64,000 nucleotides of DNA from Rhodosorus marinus CCMP1338 (taxonomy: Eukaryota > Plantae > Rhodophyta): assembly GCA_029953675.1 (NCBI GenBank), contig JAMWBK010000012.1, forward strand, positions 310,001-374,000. Direction: 5' to 3'. This document shows, one piece after another, positions 34,317-47,354 of this stretch. Under the pieces are notes generated by a model that did no database searches, had not been told where the DNA came from, and worked only from the letters and a program-made list of their open reading frames with translations. Every line of letters begins with the position of its first letter. Position 1 is the first letter of the stretch. Made by a program: the position numbers and the translations under genes.

Positions 34317-35649
34317 CTATGTTGGCAGTAATGGTCCGCGTGGCCTAGACTGACACCAACAACGGCCGGTGCCCGCGTTCACGGCACCCTATCCCGTGAA
34401 AAAGTGGAGAGTACAGTAGGAAAACGTGAGCTATCGGATATCTACGCTGTAGTATCAACAGTAAATGGCAAAATGCCTTCACATGAAAAACTCTTGTTGT
34501 CGGTTGCATCCATACCCCTTCGTCTGTGCAATGACTACTAATAAAATCGACGATTCTTAAACAAGAGAAAGATTCACCAGCATCGTCATCGACTATGCAG
34601 CTGGAGTTGTCGCAAGGGTTGTCGCATTTACAGAGCCCATTATCGTTCACTCCAATCTGGACAAAACAGATCACCAAACAGTCTGGTCTTAGGCTCGTCC
34701 ATATTACGCATCCATCCGTTGACAGTGTGAGCTTGTGATAGATCTTCGTCATACCCAGTGAGTACTGCATGATTCGGCAAATGTCGTGACAGCGGTGCAG
34801 GCATGATCATCAATGCAATTCATTTCTGAGCCGCAGACTAATTTCTCGCAAGTACAATGCTGCGTCCGGGTGTGCGCCTTACCAGTCTAAACAGGACACA
34901 TGAGCATGCAGCGTTTAAGACTCCGGAAAAGGGACCAACCTGTTTAGGTTTGGTTTAGAGGCCAACGTGAGCGACAGCTGATTTGCAGTTCGGCATACCG
35001 AATCGTTTGCGCAGTTTTTCGTCCATTCATGAAGCGGAATGCACTGTTGGCTGAGCAGACATTCGTCTGCGTTGCAACTGCTGCAGGAAACTTCTAGAGT
35101 GCAGACTTCGCGGAAAGGTTTCTTTGGGTCTGGCGCTTTGCATGGCAAAGTTGAGTCCACCTGTTGCTTCATATATGCTCGCACAGCCATCCCATCCAAA
35201 TTGACCACAGCATAAGCGTACAAATCAAAAAAGCTCTCTCCACAGCACGATTCGGACTGCTCCACCGAGATACTTGAAGGGCAGATGTCCATACGGGCAC
35301 TTCTACGTTGCGTTGGGTCCGTGATTCGAGAAACTTCCCTCCTCCTCGTGAATCTATCCTTGCCAGTGGGTGCGGACTCATCTGCAGATGAGAAGACTCC
35401 TGCCCTGAGCTTCAGAAGACCAATGTTTTCCAACGTTGTAAATTCCACTCGAAAACAGTTCGTGTCGACCTTCGGCACCACACTTAATGCGATACCTCCA
35501 AGCAAAGTGCCGTCCTCGTCCACCAAATCCCCAGTGAAGAGATTACAAGAAAATCTCTTGAATAGGCGCACTTCACCACATGTTGGGGAGCAGCTGACAA
35601 CGCCCAACAGCGTCAGGCTTAATACAGCGAGAGTGACAACTTTCACCAT
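34317..35649 (-). CDS. Secreted Cys-rich modular protein, paralogue 2 (exons 35649-34999, 34886-34755, 34656-34516, 34388-34317; last exon uncertain)
   Basis: MVKVVTLAVLSLTLLGVVSC signal; head domain (CFRVEF..LLKLRAGVF..RFTRRR..IC..CCG); phase-0 introns of 112, 98 and 127 bp; Cys modules. Confidence 0.72.
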
Positions 35650-35821
35650 CTCTTCACTACAAACACCTACGCTCGTTCCGTTCAACTCCTTACTTAATGT
35701 GAAGCCTAAATGACCCAAGCTCGTTGGTATATACTAATGTGGGATAAGTGGGGCTAATGAGGGATACTCCATAACGAGTAATAAAAGAATCACAGACGTG
35801 AAAGATATGGTGGTTTGCATG

Positions 35822-36465
35822 GTTTTTATTCGCCGAGCCTAAAGCGCTACGCAAGGCGTGAAAAGTGGTTTACATAGCATAGTCTGAAGCTCTATGCCTA
35901 TGTAAAGCAGTGCGGAAAAGGGAACTAGGAACTGGAGGAGAACCGCGTGCAAGTCCAGTTGCCGATGGCATGTTTAGACGAGCATGAAATTAGGAAAACG
36001 GCCAAAAAAACTGTCGGACCCAGCCGCCAGATGCTCAGCATATGTGGACCTCGCTGTCACATGCAAGTGTCAAGTGCGTATCTCCCCTCTGCCGCGCTCC
36101 ACCGGGGGGCAGCGACTTTCTGTACTTCGCCGACTGAGAGAACGACGGTATGCCGATAGCATGACCAGTGTGTCCTGGGCAGACGGCCGTTCTCACAGGT
36201 TCCAGCTCTTCATTGTGGAAAACTTTGGGCATCTGGAAAAGTCCAGCTCGGAGTGGCTGCGGAAATGTTTTGCTGACCATCCCTCCGTTGAATATCTGGG
36301 ACTCCTGCGCTGGATATTCTAGCCGCAAGCTTGCCTAGGCGCGCCTTCGCCGCCTATATTTGCACGCTTTTCTCCCTAGTTCCTAGCTCCGCTTCACGCC
36401 CTGCGCTTCAGGCTATGCATGCTAGTAAAACCAGTAAAGTCCAGTAAAACCAGTAAAACCAGCAG
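35822..36465. mobile_element. Diverged family B-related fragments (minus 35822-35992, plus 36010-36465)
   Basis: ORF 35984-36322 (YVDLAVT, RFQLFIVENFG); AAAACCAGT tail at 36420-36465. Confidence 0.8.
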
Positions 36466-36817
36466 TGGAACCACTACCACAAGCACAGTACGCAGGAAAC
36501 CATGACTTTAGTCAGCCCACCCACTCTTACTAATGCACGGTTGAATTTTGAAAAGAACCACCAGAATTGCATCTTCCAAAGAGCCGTTCAAAGCGCGGCG
36601 CACTGAATCTTTGGGAATTTTAGTATTTTCTTGATGGGCAAAAATCCTCCTACTCGCTCCGTGTCACAGTCGTTAGGCTGGATATAAAAAGAAAAGCCCG
36701 ATCAGTCTTTTTTTTTCCCTTCAGAGGGTTTTATCTTTTAGCCAACAGAGTAAACCAACTAATTCACCAGGAGAAAGTGGACCGCTCTTCACATCGGTTC
36801 TTTAAAGATGCTCTCCT

Positions 36818-36900
36818 GGCGCGAGTACTTCGCCGCGCTTAGTCTTTTTTTCCCCTCGGGGTTTTTTTTTTCAGCCTCCGATTAAACCATTCGTTCGTTC
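36818..36900 (+). mobile_element. Family A short 3' end
   Basis: 3' UTR plus TTCG tail. Confidence 0.88.
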
Positions 36901-37640
36901 CTAGAAGTGTTCCAGTGGCCGCCCCCGACCGGTTTTCCTCGGTGCTCACCCGTTTGAGATTCGCGTTGTGGTAAATGAAGGCGGCTTCGATGCTGGCGAG
37001 CTCGCCCTGATCTGATCCTCGCCTTTAGTTTGGTTTCTTCTGCTCGGGTATTATTTGATGGGGAAGAATCGGGCCGCTTTCCCAAATTCGAAACCGCAGT
37101 CGGTCATGCTTGACTGTTTTGACTTCGAGGATTCCGCTTGGTTCCGCGAAGTGTTCCGTTGGGTGCACCCGGCTGGCGTATTTCGCTATTCAATAGAATT
37201 TTCAGCCCCTCCGGGATTCGCTGATGTAGGCGAACCGCTCCTCATATCCGAAACCGCAGTCGGTTATGGTTGAATGTTTTGACGTTAAGGATTCCGTTTG
37301 GATCGGCGAGGCATTCCGTTGGGCGCCCCGACCGACTCCCCCGCGCTATGCACCCTTGAGTTTCCTGTGATGGCAAATGAACACTGCTTGAGTGTACTCC
37401 TCCCTTCTGCCGGTTCCTAGCCATCGAATAAGATTTTTGACTTTGATCTTGGAGGCCGCTCCTTTTTCCTCGTCTGCAATAGTGGCTTTTCTGCTCTAGG
37501 GGATTTGCTGGCGCGGTGAAATCGGGCCGCTCCTCACACCCGAAAACGCAGTCGGTCATGATTGAGTGCGTTCGGTTTTCTTAATTTCGTTGATTCCTCT
37601 AAGTATTCCGTCAGCACCCCGACTGACTCTCCTCCCTGTG
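36900..37640. repeat. Three to four diverged copies of a roughly 110-bp unit with irregular spacers
   Basis: CGAAA(C/A)CGCAGTCGGT(C/T)ATG..TGA.TG at about 37088, 37249 and 37541; partial copy near 36905. Confidence 0.65.
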
Positions 37641-38833
37641 TACACGTTTGAGCTTTCCAGATACGGCCGTACCGAACGCGGTGTTGACGTGGAGTTACTG
37701 TGATCTTCACCTTCATTACCCTAGCTTTCTCCCTGGGGCTTTGGTGGCGAGAAGAACGGCCAAGACCCCGAAACCATTTTCGGTCATATTAGAGAAGACT
37801 TTTATTCGGAGAAGAGAAAATAAATAACAAAACTGGAGATAAAAAATAAAAAACCCACAGAGGAGCCAAAAAAAGACGCTCGCCCAAGAGGAAAATCCGC
37901 TCATGAAATTTCGTCATTAAGGCCAGCCACTAAAATCAAAACAAATTCTACGGAATTCTATAATTGTTTCGCAAATATAATCCACTATCGCATTCCTGCG
38001 GAGATTTCGATACAGACGTACAAGGGGTAAACTGACAATTGAGCGGAACAAACTTCTGAGCGGCAAGAAAAAAAGGGAGGGGGGGAGGGGGTGAGGGGAA
38101 GGTGTTGACAGGTCAACCCCCTGACTAATGATGACGAATCTCAAAATAGATTGAAGCTACAGTCAGTCAATAAGATTAAATGATTGTATGTGCTATCAAT
38201 TGAGATGTTTTTAGTTCAATTTTCAAGAGCAATGCCCGTATAGATTGAAGTTAGTCCACAACCTGAAATGATTGGGGAGCTGTATCAATTGGGAGCTGTT
38301 TTCCCAAATTTAATAGCTATTAATTTGCACCTCTTGCTGCATAACCGCTTGCCCCAACTCGATCCCTCGCTAGTTGAGCAGCAAAATCTGATCTCCACGC
38401 AACCCCCCCTCCCTTGGAAAATCTTATTGTAGGAGATTTCACGACCCCCCTTAGAAACGATATTTTCTTTCCTCACAAATCCATAAGTGTATTCACAATT
38501 TACAAAAAAACTGAGAACTATCTAAACGAAACATTTGTAGACGTATGCATTAATATTTTTATAATCAATATACACAACTATGAATTCATAAATTTGAAGA
38601 GACATATGGGTTTATTAATTATAAATACAAATCTCGAGTTAAGATCTGCTTTATATAAGCATTTATAGCTCGTAAAGCCATCAAAGAAAATCCATTTGCT
38701 TAACTACTATTTTCTTCGGAATACCGTCACACGAATGCGAGAAAACCCAACCGATGAGCGCCCAAAAAAAGGCTTCTACAACCCCCCAAAAATCACGTGC
38801 TTTGAAGTGTCAAGAGTATGCACCATATCATAT

Positions 38834-39149
38834 TATGCTTATTTTATTTAAAGCAGTGAAAATTCAATGTTTTGTTTGGTTTTAGATAGGAAGTGGAATA
38901 ATATCACTTTTTTCCTTGGGTTTTCAAACGGGAAAGATTTTTTCCCCTTTCGATTTCAGAACCAGCGACCAGTTTTTAGGAATGGATTTTTTTCACACAG
39001 AGTCCCCACTCGAATCGATGAATGAAGTGTCCGCTCGGTGGCGTAAATAAGAATTCCCCTTTTTTTTCTCTTTTTTTAAAAACTGGGAGAGAGTGTTAGT
39101 TTCGATCGGACGTGCGGAGTACGTAAGGGCATAGCTTCGATGTGGGTGG
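38834..39149. repeat. AT-rich dispersed repeat (uninterrupted copy)
   Basis: Reverse complement of 54147-55714 once two family A insertions there are removed. Confidence 0.85.
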
Positions 39150-39340
39150 ACAGAGTCACAGACTACGTACTTGTGGTCATATGGCTTTTTTTGGAACGTC
39201 CATTTTCGTGTAAGTTATTGGGGGTTTTTTGTTCTTCGTCGCGCGGTTTCATTGGGATCAGTAGAGCGCCCATCCGACGCTAGGGGATGGGGCTCCATCT
39301 GACATTTTGATGTGTACGGGCAAACCTTGACTACAGATTG

Positions 39341-39408
39341 GAATGGTTTAATCGGAGGCTGAAAGAAAAAACCCCGAGGGGAAAAAAAGACTAAGTGCGG
39401 CGAAGACC
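39341..39408 (-). mobile_element. Family A 68-bp 3' end
   Basis: TSD GACTACAGATTG at 39329-39340 and 39409-39420. Confidence 0.88.
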
Positions 39409-39628
39409 GACTACAGATTGACGCTGTCTGTTTTCGGTTTTTTTTCACCTTGTACGGTTCACAGGCGCTTGCCGTTGAAGAAGGAGACTTATTGCAGTCG
39501 GTTTCATGTTCAATGGAACTCGTGTCCGGGGTTTTGATGTGTACGGGCAAACCTTGACTACAGATTGACGCCGTCTGTTTTCGTTTTTTTTTCACCTTGT
39601 ACGGTTCACAGGCGCTTGCCGTTGAAGA

Positions 39629-39900
39629 CGAACGAACGAACGAACGAACGAATGGTTTAATCGGAGGCTGAAAAAAAAAACTCCGAGGGGAAAAAAAGAC
39701 TAAGCGCGGCGAAGTACTCGCGCCTCCAACATCAAAGCGGCATTCATGCGCCACAGCAGGAAACTTAAACGGGTAAACAACGATTGAAGACGGTCAGGGC
39801 GTTCGCGGAACAACTCCCGAAGCCAGCGAGAACCAACAGAGTCCATGAACCCAAAGCACTCAATGATCAGGGGTACCAAGCGATGTGCTAGTGCCGAAAC
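39629..39900 (-). mobile_element. Family A 3' fragment
   Basis: Long (TTCG)n tail; TSD TGAAGA at 39623-39628 and 39901-39906. Confidence 0.88.
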
Positions 39901-40193
39901 TGAAGAAGGAGACTTATTGCAGTCGGTTTCATGTTCAATGGAACTCGTGTCCGGTCGACTGAATGAAAAAGCATGTGTTTGATGTGTTTATTCAGGATTC
40001 ACATATGTAGAACTAATCGATAGCTTCACAGTCGAGCTACGTTCGTATATGTTTGGGAGGTGGCTGGTAGGAGTGTGGGGATGGGACTAGAGCGGGGTTG
40101 ACTTTTGCCGTGTGGATATTAACGTGAGGTGCAGGGGGGTAGCTGCTCAGTCGGTTGCTTGAGATGGTTGCTCCTGCTTTCGTTTTGGGAAAC

Positions 40194-43100
40194 ATGAACC
40201 GACTCGCAGCGTTCGTGCTGCTGAGCATGGCCTTTTTGAAGCTAGCCACGGGGGCCACTACATGCGAGGCAGACCCGATGAAGGGTTTGTTTGGTCACGA
40301 CGGTGCGTGCTTTGATCTTGTCGATAGTGATGGTGTAAAGCATGGGTCCGTGTGTACCTCTACGGTTGCTTTGAAAAGGGGAATGTGCATTCGCGCCAAG
40401 TACTCTGCCGAGAATGCAGGTTCATCCGTATTAAAGCTGAGGGGGGGGCTTCACAAGAAGGACGAACGCATCACCAAAAGATGGTCGAGGTATACCCGCA
40501 AGCGAACTGTGGCCAGCATTAATTCACCGGATACTTCCAGCGCCAGCCTTTATTTCTGCCCCAGCAACATCTCCGTGCTTGAATTGCCGTGCTGCGGAGC
40601 AGACCATCAATTCCTCGGATTTGCGGTGATTGCCGTGCCCGGATCTGAGCCAGATTCTGATCGAATGCAAGTCAAAGCTTATGTCGCTCCTCAGACGACC
40701 ACTGCCGACGGTATTTGTAGCACAAGGACGGGAGGAGGAGGCCGGGAAGAGTTTCTCTGTACTTTGAGCGTGACCTGTGATAGTTGCCCTAACCGTGCTT
40801 GCAACGACAAGGGCACGTGCGTAAAAAGGATCGATTATGCGTGCGGTGACGCGGAGGTAAAACACGAATGTTCGTTCACTTTCATCAATGCGGCCTTTCT
40901 GATGAGGAGATACTTGGGATTATTTCTTTCCCCAGGAAGCGTTTACGGATCCCGACACAGGTGCTTGTGGATGCCAATGCGACTCCAGCAGAGACGATGT
41001 ATGCGTTGATGGGTTTGACGGCTGTGTAAGCCTTTCAGACTATGAATCAAGCTCATGTAATGATGCGGAGGTATGCCAACAAAAACCTTTGAGGAAGACC
41101 GAGGAAACGACGGGGTCGAAGAGCAGCCCAGACTCACCGCTGTGCCCAACCTCGTTTATTCGAATCTTTTTCCAACCAGTTCGGCGCCGTCCATCCGGAA
41201 ACGCGCGGGTGCGGATGCAGTTGCTCCTCTGCCCGTGGAAGCTGCATAGACCCGGCAAGAAACAATCAATGCCGGGACATCTTAGAGTATGGAGCAAACG
41301 TTTGTTCTGCTACAGAGGTAAGTGTGACTCCTCACGGTCGACTAAGCAGCGCATACTCAAAAGCCCGTGCACAAGCTTACTTGCTCGAACCGTTCTGCAA
41401 TCAGATCGGCGTCATCGACCCGGCAACTGGCGAATGTGGATGCAGTTGCTCTATTGACGACGGAGGCTGTATAGATATAGCAAACAACAACGAATGCCGG
41501 AGTATCTCAGAGTACGGAGAAGATGCTTGTTCTGCTTTAGAGGTAGGCATGACCCAACCCTTCGTGGTCGAAACGCAACCCAGACTCAAGTCCCTGGCTC
41601 ACCTACTCGGACCGTTCTCGGACCGTTCTCGGACCGTTCTCGGACCAGATTGGCGTCGTCGACTCAGCAACAGGCGAATGTGGATGCAGTTGCTCTATTG
41701 AAGATGGAGGCTGTTTGGACACTGCAAATAGAAACAAATGCCGGAGTATCTCAGAGTACGGAGAAGATGCTTGTTCTGCTTTAGAGGTAGGCATGACTCA
41801 ACCCTGCACGGTCGAAACGCAACCAAGACTCAAGTCCGTGCACAAGCTCACCTCTTCGGACCGTCTCGGACCAGATTGGCGTCGTCGATTCCGCAACGGG
41901 GGAGTGTGGATGCAGTTGCTCTGTTGACGATGGAGGCTGCATAGACACAGCAAATAACCAATGCCGGAGTATCTCGGAGTACGGAGAAAATGTTTGTTCT
42001 GCGGTAGAGGTAGGAACCCTTCGCGGTCTAAGGGCAACCCAGACTCAAATCTGTGCCCAAGCTCAATTACTCGAGCCGTTCTCCAACCAGATCGGCGTCG
42101 TCGACTCCGCAACAGGCGACTGTGGATGCGGTTGCTCTATTGGAAAAGGAGGCTGCATAGATGAAGCAGCAAACAACCGGTGCTGGGATGCCTCCGAGTA
42201 CGCGGAAGAGAATTGTTCCGCCGTTGAAGTAAGCGCTAGCCCTGCATATCAGACCGATATCGTGGAAGTAGTTTTCTGCATTCGGAGTGACCAACTCATG
42301 GACTCTCCTTTCCTTTATTTGATCAGTTCGGGAGTGTGAATACGAGTACTGGTGCATGCAATTGTGTCTGTGATACCACTGTCGGATGCTTTGACGGCAA
42401 CAAGTGCAGGACGCTTGATCAATTTGGCACGGAGTTCTGCTCTTCCGGAGAGGTATACCGCACACGCACTAACTGCGCCCGTATGGACTGAATCTCTTAC
42501 TACTCTCGGATTTGATACTTTCTCTTTATCAGGTTCCCTTTTTCCATCTCAGCGGCAGCTGCGAATGCTGCAGAACGGCACCGGGCCAGGACCAATGCAT
42601 TTTTTCCGGACTCTGTATGGGCAATCAAGAGTTTGCTAGAGCGTTTTGCACCTCTAGCGCGGCTACGCAGGACGCCAGTGGGTTTTGCACATGCATTGAT
42701 TGCCCAAGCAATCAATGCCTTGACGAAGACAACATCTGCGTGCCAATATGGTCAGATAGCGCAAAAGCAGTCTGTTCGAGCTTGGCGGAAGTCCCGACCT
42801 ACTTCGTGCGTTTTAGAACACTCCATACCCTCCTCGAATCCATGAAAGATAAACCCCAAAGCTGACCGCCAACTCTACGCTTCTACCGTCTCCAGGCTGC
42901 CACGAGGAATGATAGTACAGAAAAATGTGAGTGCTGCGTGACGGACGATAGCACCTGTGCAAACGTGGACGGTGGCATAGATAATGCGACGTGTCTCAGC
43001 GTTTCTGAGTACTCGGCTTGCAATAGCTCTGAGGTGAGAAAAAGTACTGAGCAAAAATCTGTTGTTTTGTGCGGCTTGATTTTCCACACACCCTTCTCAC

Positions 43101-44835
43101 TCATATGTCCCAAACTTGCTGTTCATGATGAGAGCAGAAACCGTACACTGATGATGAAAAATGCAGCTGTTGTCCAGTCGGTGATGAGACCGCTGAACGC
43201 TGCTTAGTGGCTTCCGGGATTCGCCTTCATGACAAATGGTGGACCCCAGCGCCAGGGCCATGTGCCAGTTTGAATGATTTCGGCATTAACTATTGCAACG
43301 GTGAAAGCTTTCCGACCCGAACAAACGTACGTCTTCGCCCTTGTGTAGCAGCTACGCATATAAGCGCGTATGGAATCAATACTCACACTTATCCCTCTTC
43401 TGCCTCCTTCCTCTAATCACCTATTGTACCACTCGATAGGCATTAACTTCAAGCGAAGGTTTTTGCCGCTGCGATGTTTGTCCTACCAGCCAGTGCCTTG
43501 ACAAGACTTATGGCACCTGCGAAAATCCCGACGAATGGGGTACTAACAATAACTGCGCTGTAAGTGTTTTCCTACAGATGAACTCTCTTCTCGACAGCCG
43601 CCATACGAAATACGGCAGGAATCCTCACCTTTTTTACGCCCATCTCTGACAATTGTGGTGTTCTTATGGATTCTAGCTTGTCGAGGAGGATGCGGAAGGT
43701 TTCTGCAAGTGTACGGTCCCAGCTCCGCATACTTGCCCAATCGATCAATGCCTTGACGAGAACAACACCTGCGTGCCAATATGGTCAGATAGCGCAAAAG
43801 CAGTCTGTTCGAGCTTGGCGGAAGTCCCGACCTACTTCGTGCGTTTTAGAACACTCCATACCCTCCTCGAATCCATGAAAGATAAACCCCAAAGCTGACC
43901 GCCAACTCTACGCTTCTACCGTCTCCAGGCTGCCACGAGGAATGATAGTACAGAAAAATGTGAGTGCTGCGTGACGGACGATAGCACCTGTGCAAACGTG
44001 GACGGTGGCATAGATAATGCGACGTGTCTCAGCGTTTCTGAGTACTCGGCTTGCAATAGCTCTGAGGTGAGAAAAAGTACTGAGCAAAAATCTGTTGTTT
44101 TGTGCGGCTTGATTTTCCACACACCCTTCTCACTCATATGTCCCAAACTTGCTGTTCATGATGAGAGCAGAAACCGTACACTGATGATGAAAAATGCAGC
44201 TGTTGTCCAGTCGGTGATGAGACCGCTGAACGCTGCTTAGTGGCTTCCGGGATTCGCCTTCATGACAAATGGTGGACCCCAGCGCCAGGGCCATGTGCCA
44301 GTTTGAATGATTTCGGCATTAACTATTGCAACGGTGAAAGCTTTCCGACCCGAACAAACGTACGTCTTCGCCCTTGTGTAGCAGCTACGCATATAAGCGC
44401 GTATGGAATCAATACTCACACTTATCCCTCTTCTGCCTCCTTCCTCTAATCACCTATTGTACCACTCGATAGGCATTAACTTCAAGCGAAGGTTTTTGCC
44501 GCTGCGATGTTTGTCCTACCAGCCAGTGCCTTGACAAGACTTATGGCACCTGCGAAAATCCCGACGAATGGGGTACTAACAATAACTGCGCTGTAAGTGT
44601 TTTCCTACAGATGAACTCTCTTCTCGACAGCCGCCATACGAAATACGGCAAGAATCCTCCCTATATCCCCACCCATCTCTGAAAATTGTGGTGTTCTTAT
44701 GGATTCTAGCTTGTCGAGGAGGATGCGGAAGGTTTCTGCAAGTGCACGATCCCAGGTCTGCAATCGGACGACACCAAGCAAGTCGTGGAGTTGGGGACAA
44801 CTAGGCTGCTCCTTTCAGCAAGCGCGGGTTTTTAG
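40194..44835 (+). CDS. Secreted Cys-rich modular protein, paralogue 3, about 17 exons and about 1010 aa
   Basis: MNRLAAFVLLSMAFLKLATG signal; head exon 40194-40856; module exons 40936-41070, 41180-41317, 41405-41542, 41649-41786, 41875-42009, 42091-42228, 42327-42452, 42533-42790, 42896-43033, 43138-43326, 43440-43559, 43677-43823, 43929-44066, 44171-44359, 44473-44592, 44710-44835; all introns GT-AG and phase 0 (donor GTCCCG at 42791/43824 is weak). Confidence 0.78.
42711..44753. repeat. 1033-bp tandem duplication inside paralogue 3
   Basis: Identical ORF pairs offset by 1033 bp (for example 42875/43908 and 43207/44240); divergence only near the unit edges. Confidence 0.95.
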
Positions 44836-45599
44836 ACCATTCGCGCTTTTATCTATCCCAGCTAGCTTTCATCAATAAATAGTTGACCCCTAAAAACTAG
44901 AGGCGACCTCAATATAGATCCTACTGCTACTGCAAGCTGCTGCTAGCAACCACAGCGGCTACTGCCAAAGAAAAAAAGCTGCAGAAGATTGAAAGGAAGG
45001 AGTCTTCTCATCGGGGTAAAGGTGTTTGCTATATTTGACTGTAAAATAAAGGGGAGAACATATGTCTGTGTGGATGAATCGTAGGCCATCGCATTGAGCA
45101 CACCGGCTGGTGGTAACGCCCGGCCGGGCGTCGCAGTATGAGACCCCTGGACGGGCAGTTTGTGTGTTCGTTTTGGACCGCTTAAGATCATTACTTCACT
45201 GCTGTAGACAACTGCCCAAAAAATGCTACAAAGTTGCGCAGAGCTCACTGTCCCGGACCAAAAACAATGAAGGAACGTTTTGTATAGAAGATCGAGAGCG
45301 ATTCCCACAGATGACCGTTCGACCAGCGGGTTTTGGGGTTTCTTCCTTGCTCTGCAAAGGGTTTCCTTCTAGAAATGTGGACTCCTGAGACAGGCGACAC
45401 GAGCCATAGAATAGTAGATACCAGCTCCTCTCCATGAGAAAATCGATTTCGGGCACGCCGATATCGGGTGAAATTCACTACGACTCACGGTGCGGTGTGT
45501 GCCAAACCCCATACCCAGGATGATATTCAGGGCTGATCCGTCCATAGTCAACGCTATGCCACTGTGCAACGTCGGCCAGGAATTGAACTTGGAGATGGT

Positions 45600-47338
45600 G
45601 GTTTTACTGGCTTTATTGGCTGTATTGGCATAGCCTACAGCGCTACGCAAACCGTGAAAAAGAACTAAGCACTAGGCAGGGAAGCGTGCAATCCGAGGCG
45701 CCGATGCCGCGCCTCGGCAAGCATGCTGCTCGCATATCGCCACAGAGAGACACTGGACTTTACTAGCATAGACTGAAGCGCTACGCAAGGCGTGAAGATG
45801 AACTAATAACTAGGGAGGGAAGCATGCAACCCCAGGCGCCGATGGCGCGCCTCGGAAAGCATGTCGCTATAATATCGCCAAAGGGAGACACTTAACGCCT
45901 CAAGAGCGCCAAATATTCAGTAGGATGGAGACACTTAAGCGCTGCAAAAGTTCCAAGTATTCAAGAGGATGCTCTGTGAAACATTTCCGCAACCACCCCA
46001 AACCCGAACTCTCCACGTGACCAAAGCTTTCCACAATGAAAGTCTGGAACCGGTGGGAGCGACCCTCAGCGCGAGGCAGGCTGGCTATAATACCAGCATA
46101 CCGTCGTTCCTTCACGCGGTGAAGGGCCGAAGCAGCTGCTCCCCGGCGGCGGGCGGCAGCCGTGACATGGGCGCTTGCCACAGGGCATGTAATCGCGAGG
46201 TCAACATATGCTGAGCGTCTAGCGGCAGCATCAGAGACGAGGAGATCTGCGATACAGCGGGGCGGTGCCCTATCCGAGACCGATCTGAGTAGTTCCGATT
46301 CCACCTCAACCGTATGCCCTACCCGAGTCAGACATTCGCTGAGAATGCACTTGAAGCGAGTGTGACGCCTCGTACGAAGACCTCTCAACAGTCCGCATGA
46401 ACCTAAGAAATTTACTGGCTTTATTAGCGTAGCCTACAGCGCAACGCAAATAGTTAAAAGGAACTAAGAACTAGGTAGGGAAGCGTGCAAACCCAGGCGC
46501 CGATGCCGCGCCTCGGCAAGCATGCTGCTCGAATATCGCCACAGAGAGACACTTAAGCGCCCCAAAAGTTCCAAGTATTCGACAGGATGCTCAGTGAAAC
46601 ATTTCCGCAACCACTCCAAACCCGACTTCTCCACGTGACCAAAGCTTTCCACAATGAAAGTCTGGAACCGGTGGGAGCGACACTCAGCGCGAGGTAGGCT
46701 GGCCATACTCTCAGCATACCGTCGTTCCTTCACGCGGAGAAGGGCCGGAGCAGCTGCTCCCCGGCGGCGGGCGGCAGCCGTGAGATGGGCGCTTGCCACA
46801 GGGCATGTAATCGCGAGGTCAACATATGCTGAGCGTCTGGCGGCAGCATCAGAGACGAGGAGATCTGCGATACAGCGGGGCGGTGCCCTATCCGAGACCG
46901 ATCTGTGTAGTTCCGATTCCACCTCAACCGTATGCCCTACCCGAGTCAAACATTCGCTGAGAATGTACTTGAAGCGAGTGTGACGCCTCGTACGAAGACC
47001 TCTCAACAGTCCGCATGAACCTAAGAAATGGTAACCACAAGCATCGATCCGACTCTCACATCCCTGACAGAAAGACGGCCGATTAGAGTGCCAAGGAGCT
47101 TGTGGCAAACCCAGGTAAATCCGTGCGGCAGAGCGAAACTGGAAGGCATCCAGACGGTGACCCGGTGATGACGGCAGGGTCGTTAACCACAAATGTGAAA
47201 GATGGCCTCCCATGCCGCGGAGGCGAGCGGCGGTGGTAGGCCATCTGAGTGGAGAGTTGAGGAAGATTGCGTGAGCGGCACTGTGTTGGCCCTTGGTGAG
47301 GCTATGTTGTATCACATCAGTGCGCGAGCTCCACAGTC
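45600..47338 (-). mobile_element. Nested stack of family B (B2 and B1) 3' fragments
   Basis: Tails at about 45600, 45755 and 46410; B1 insert 45755-45927 with TSD GAGACACT (45747-45754, 45928-45935); ORFs 45900-46388 and 46464-47315. Confidence 0.9.
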
Positions 47339-47354
47339 AAATTTACTAGCAGAC

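Noticed and set aside
37055-37904. Intact repeat-protein gene
   Set aside because: Stops and frame changes between repeat copies on both strands.
44943-45590. Short minus-strand ORFs as a host gene; likewise 50500-50900, 58123-58417, 62173-62530, 17738-17977 and 27417-27844
   Set aside because: Fragmented frames with no recognisable domain or convincing splice model.
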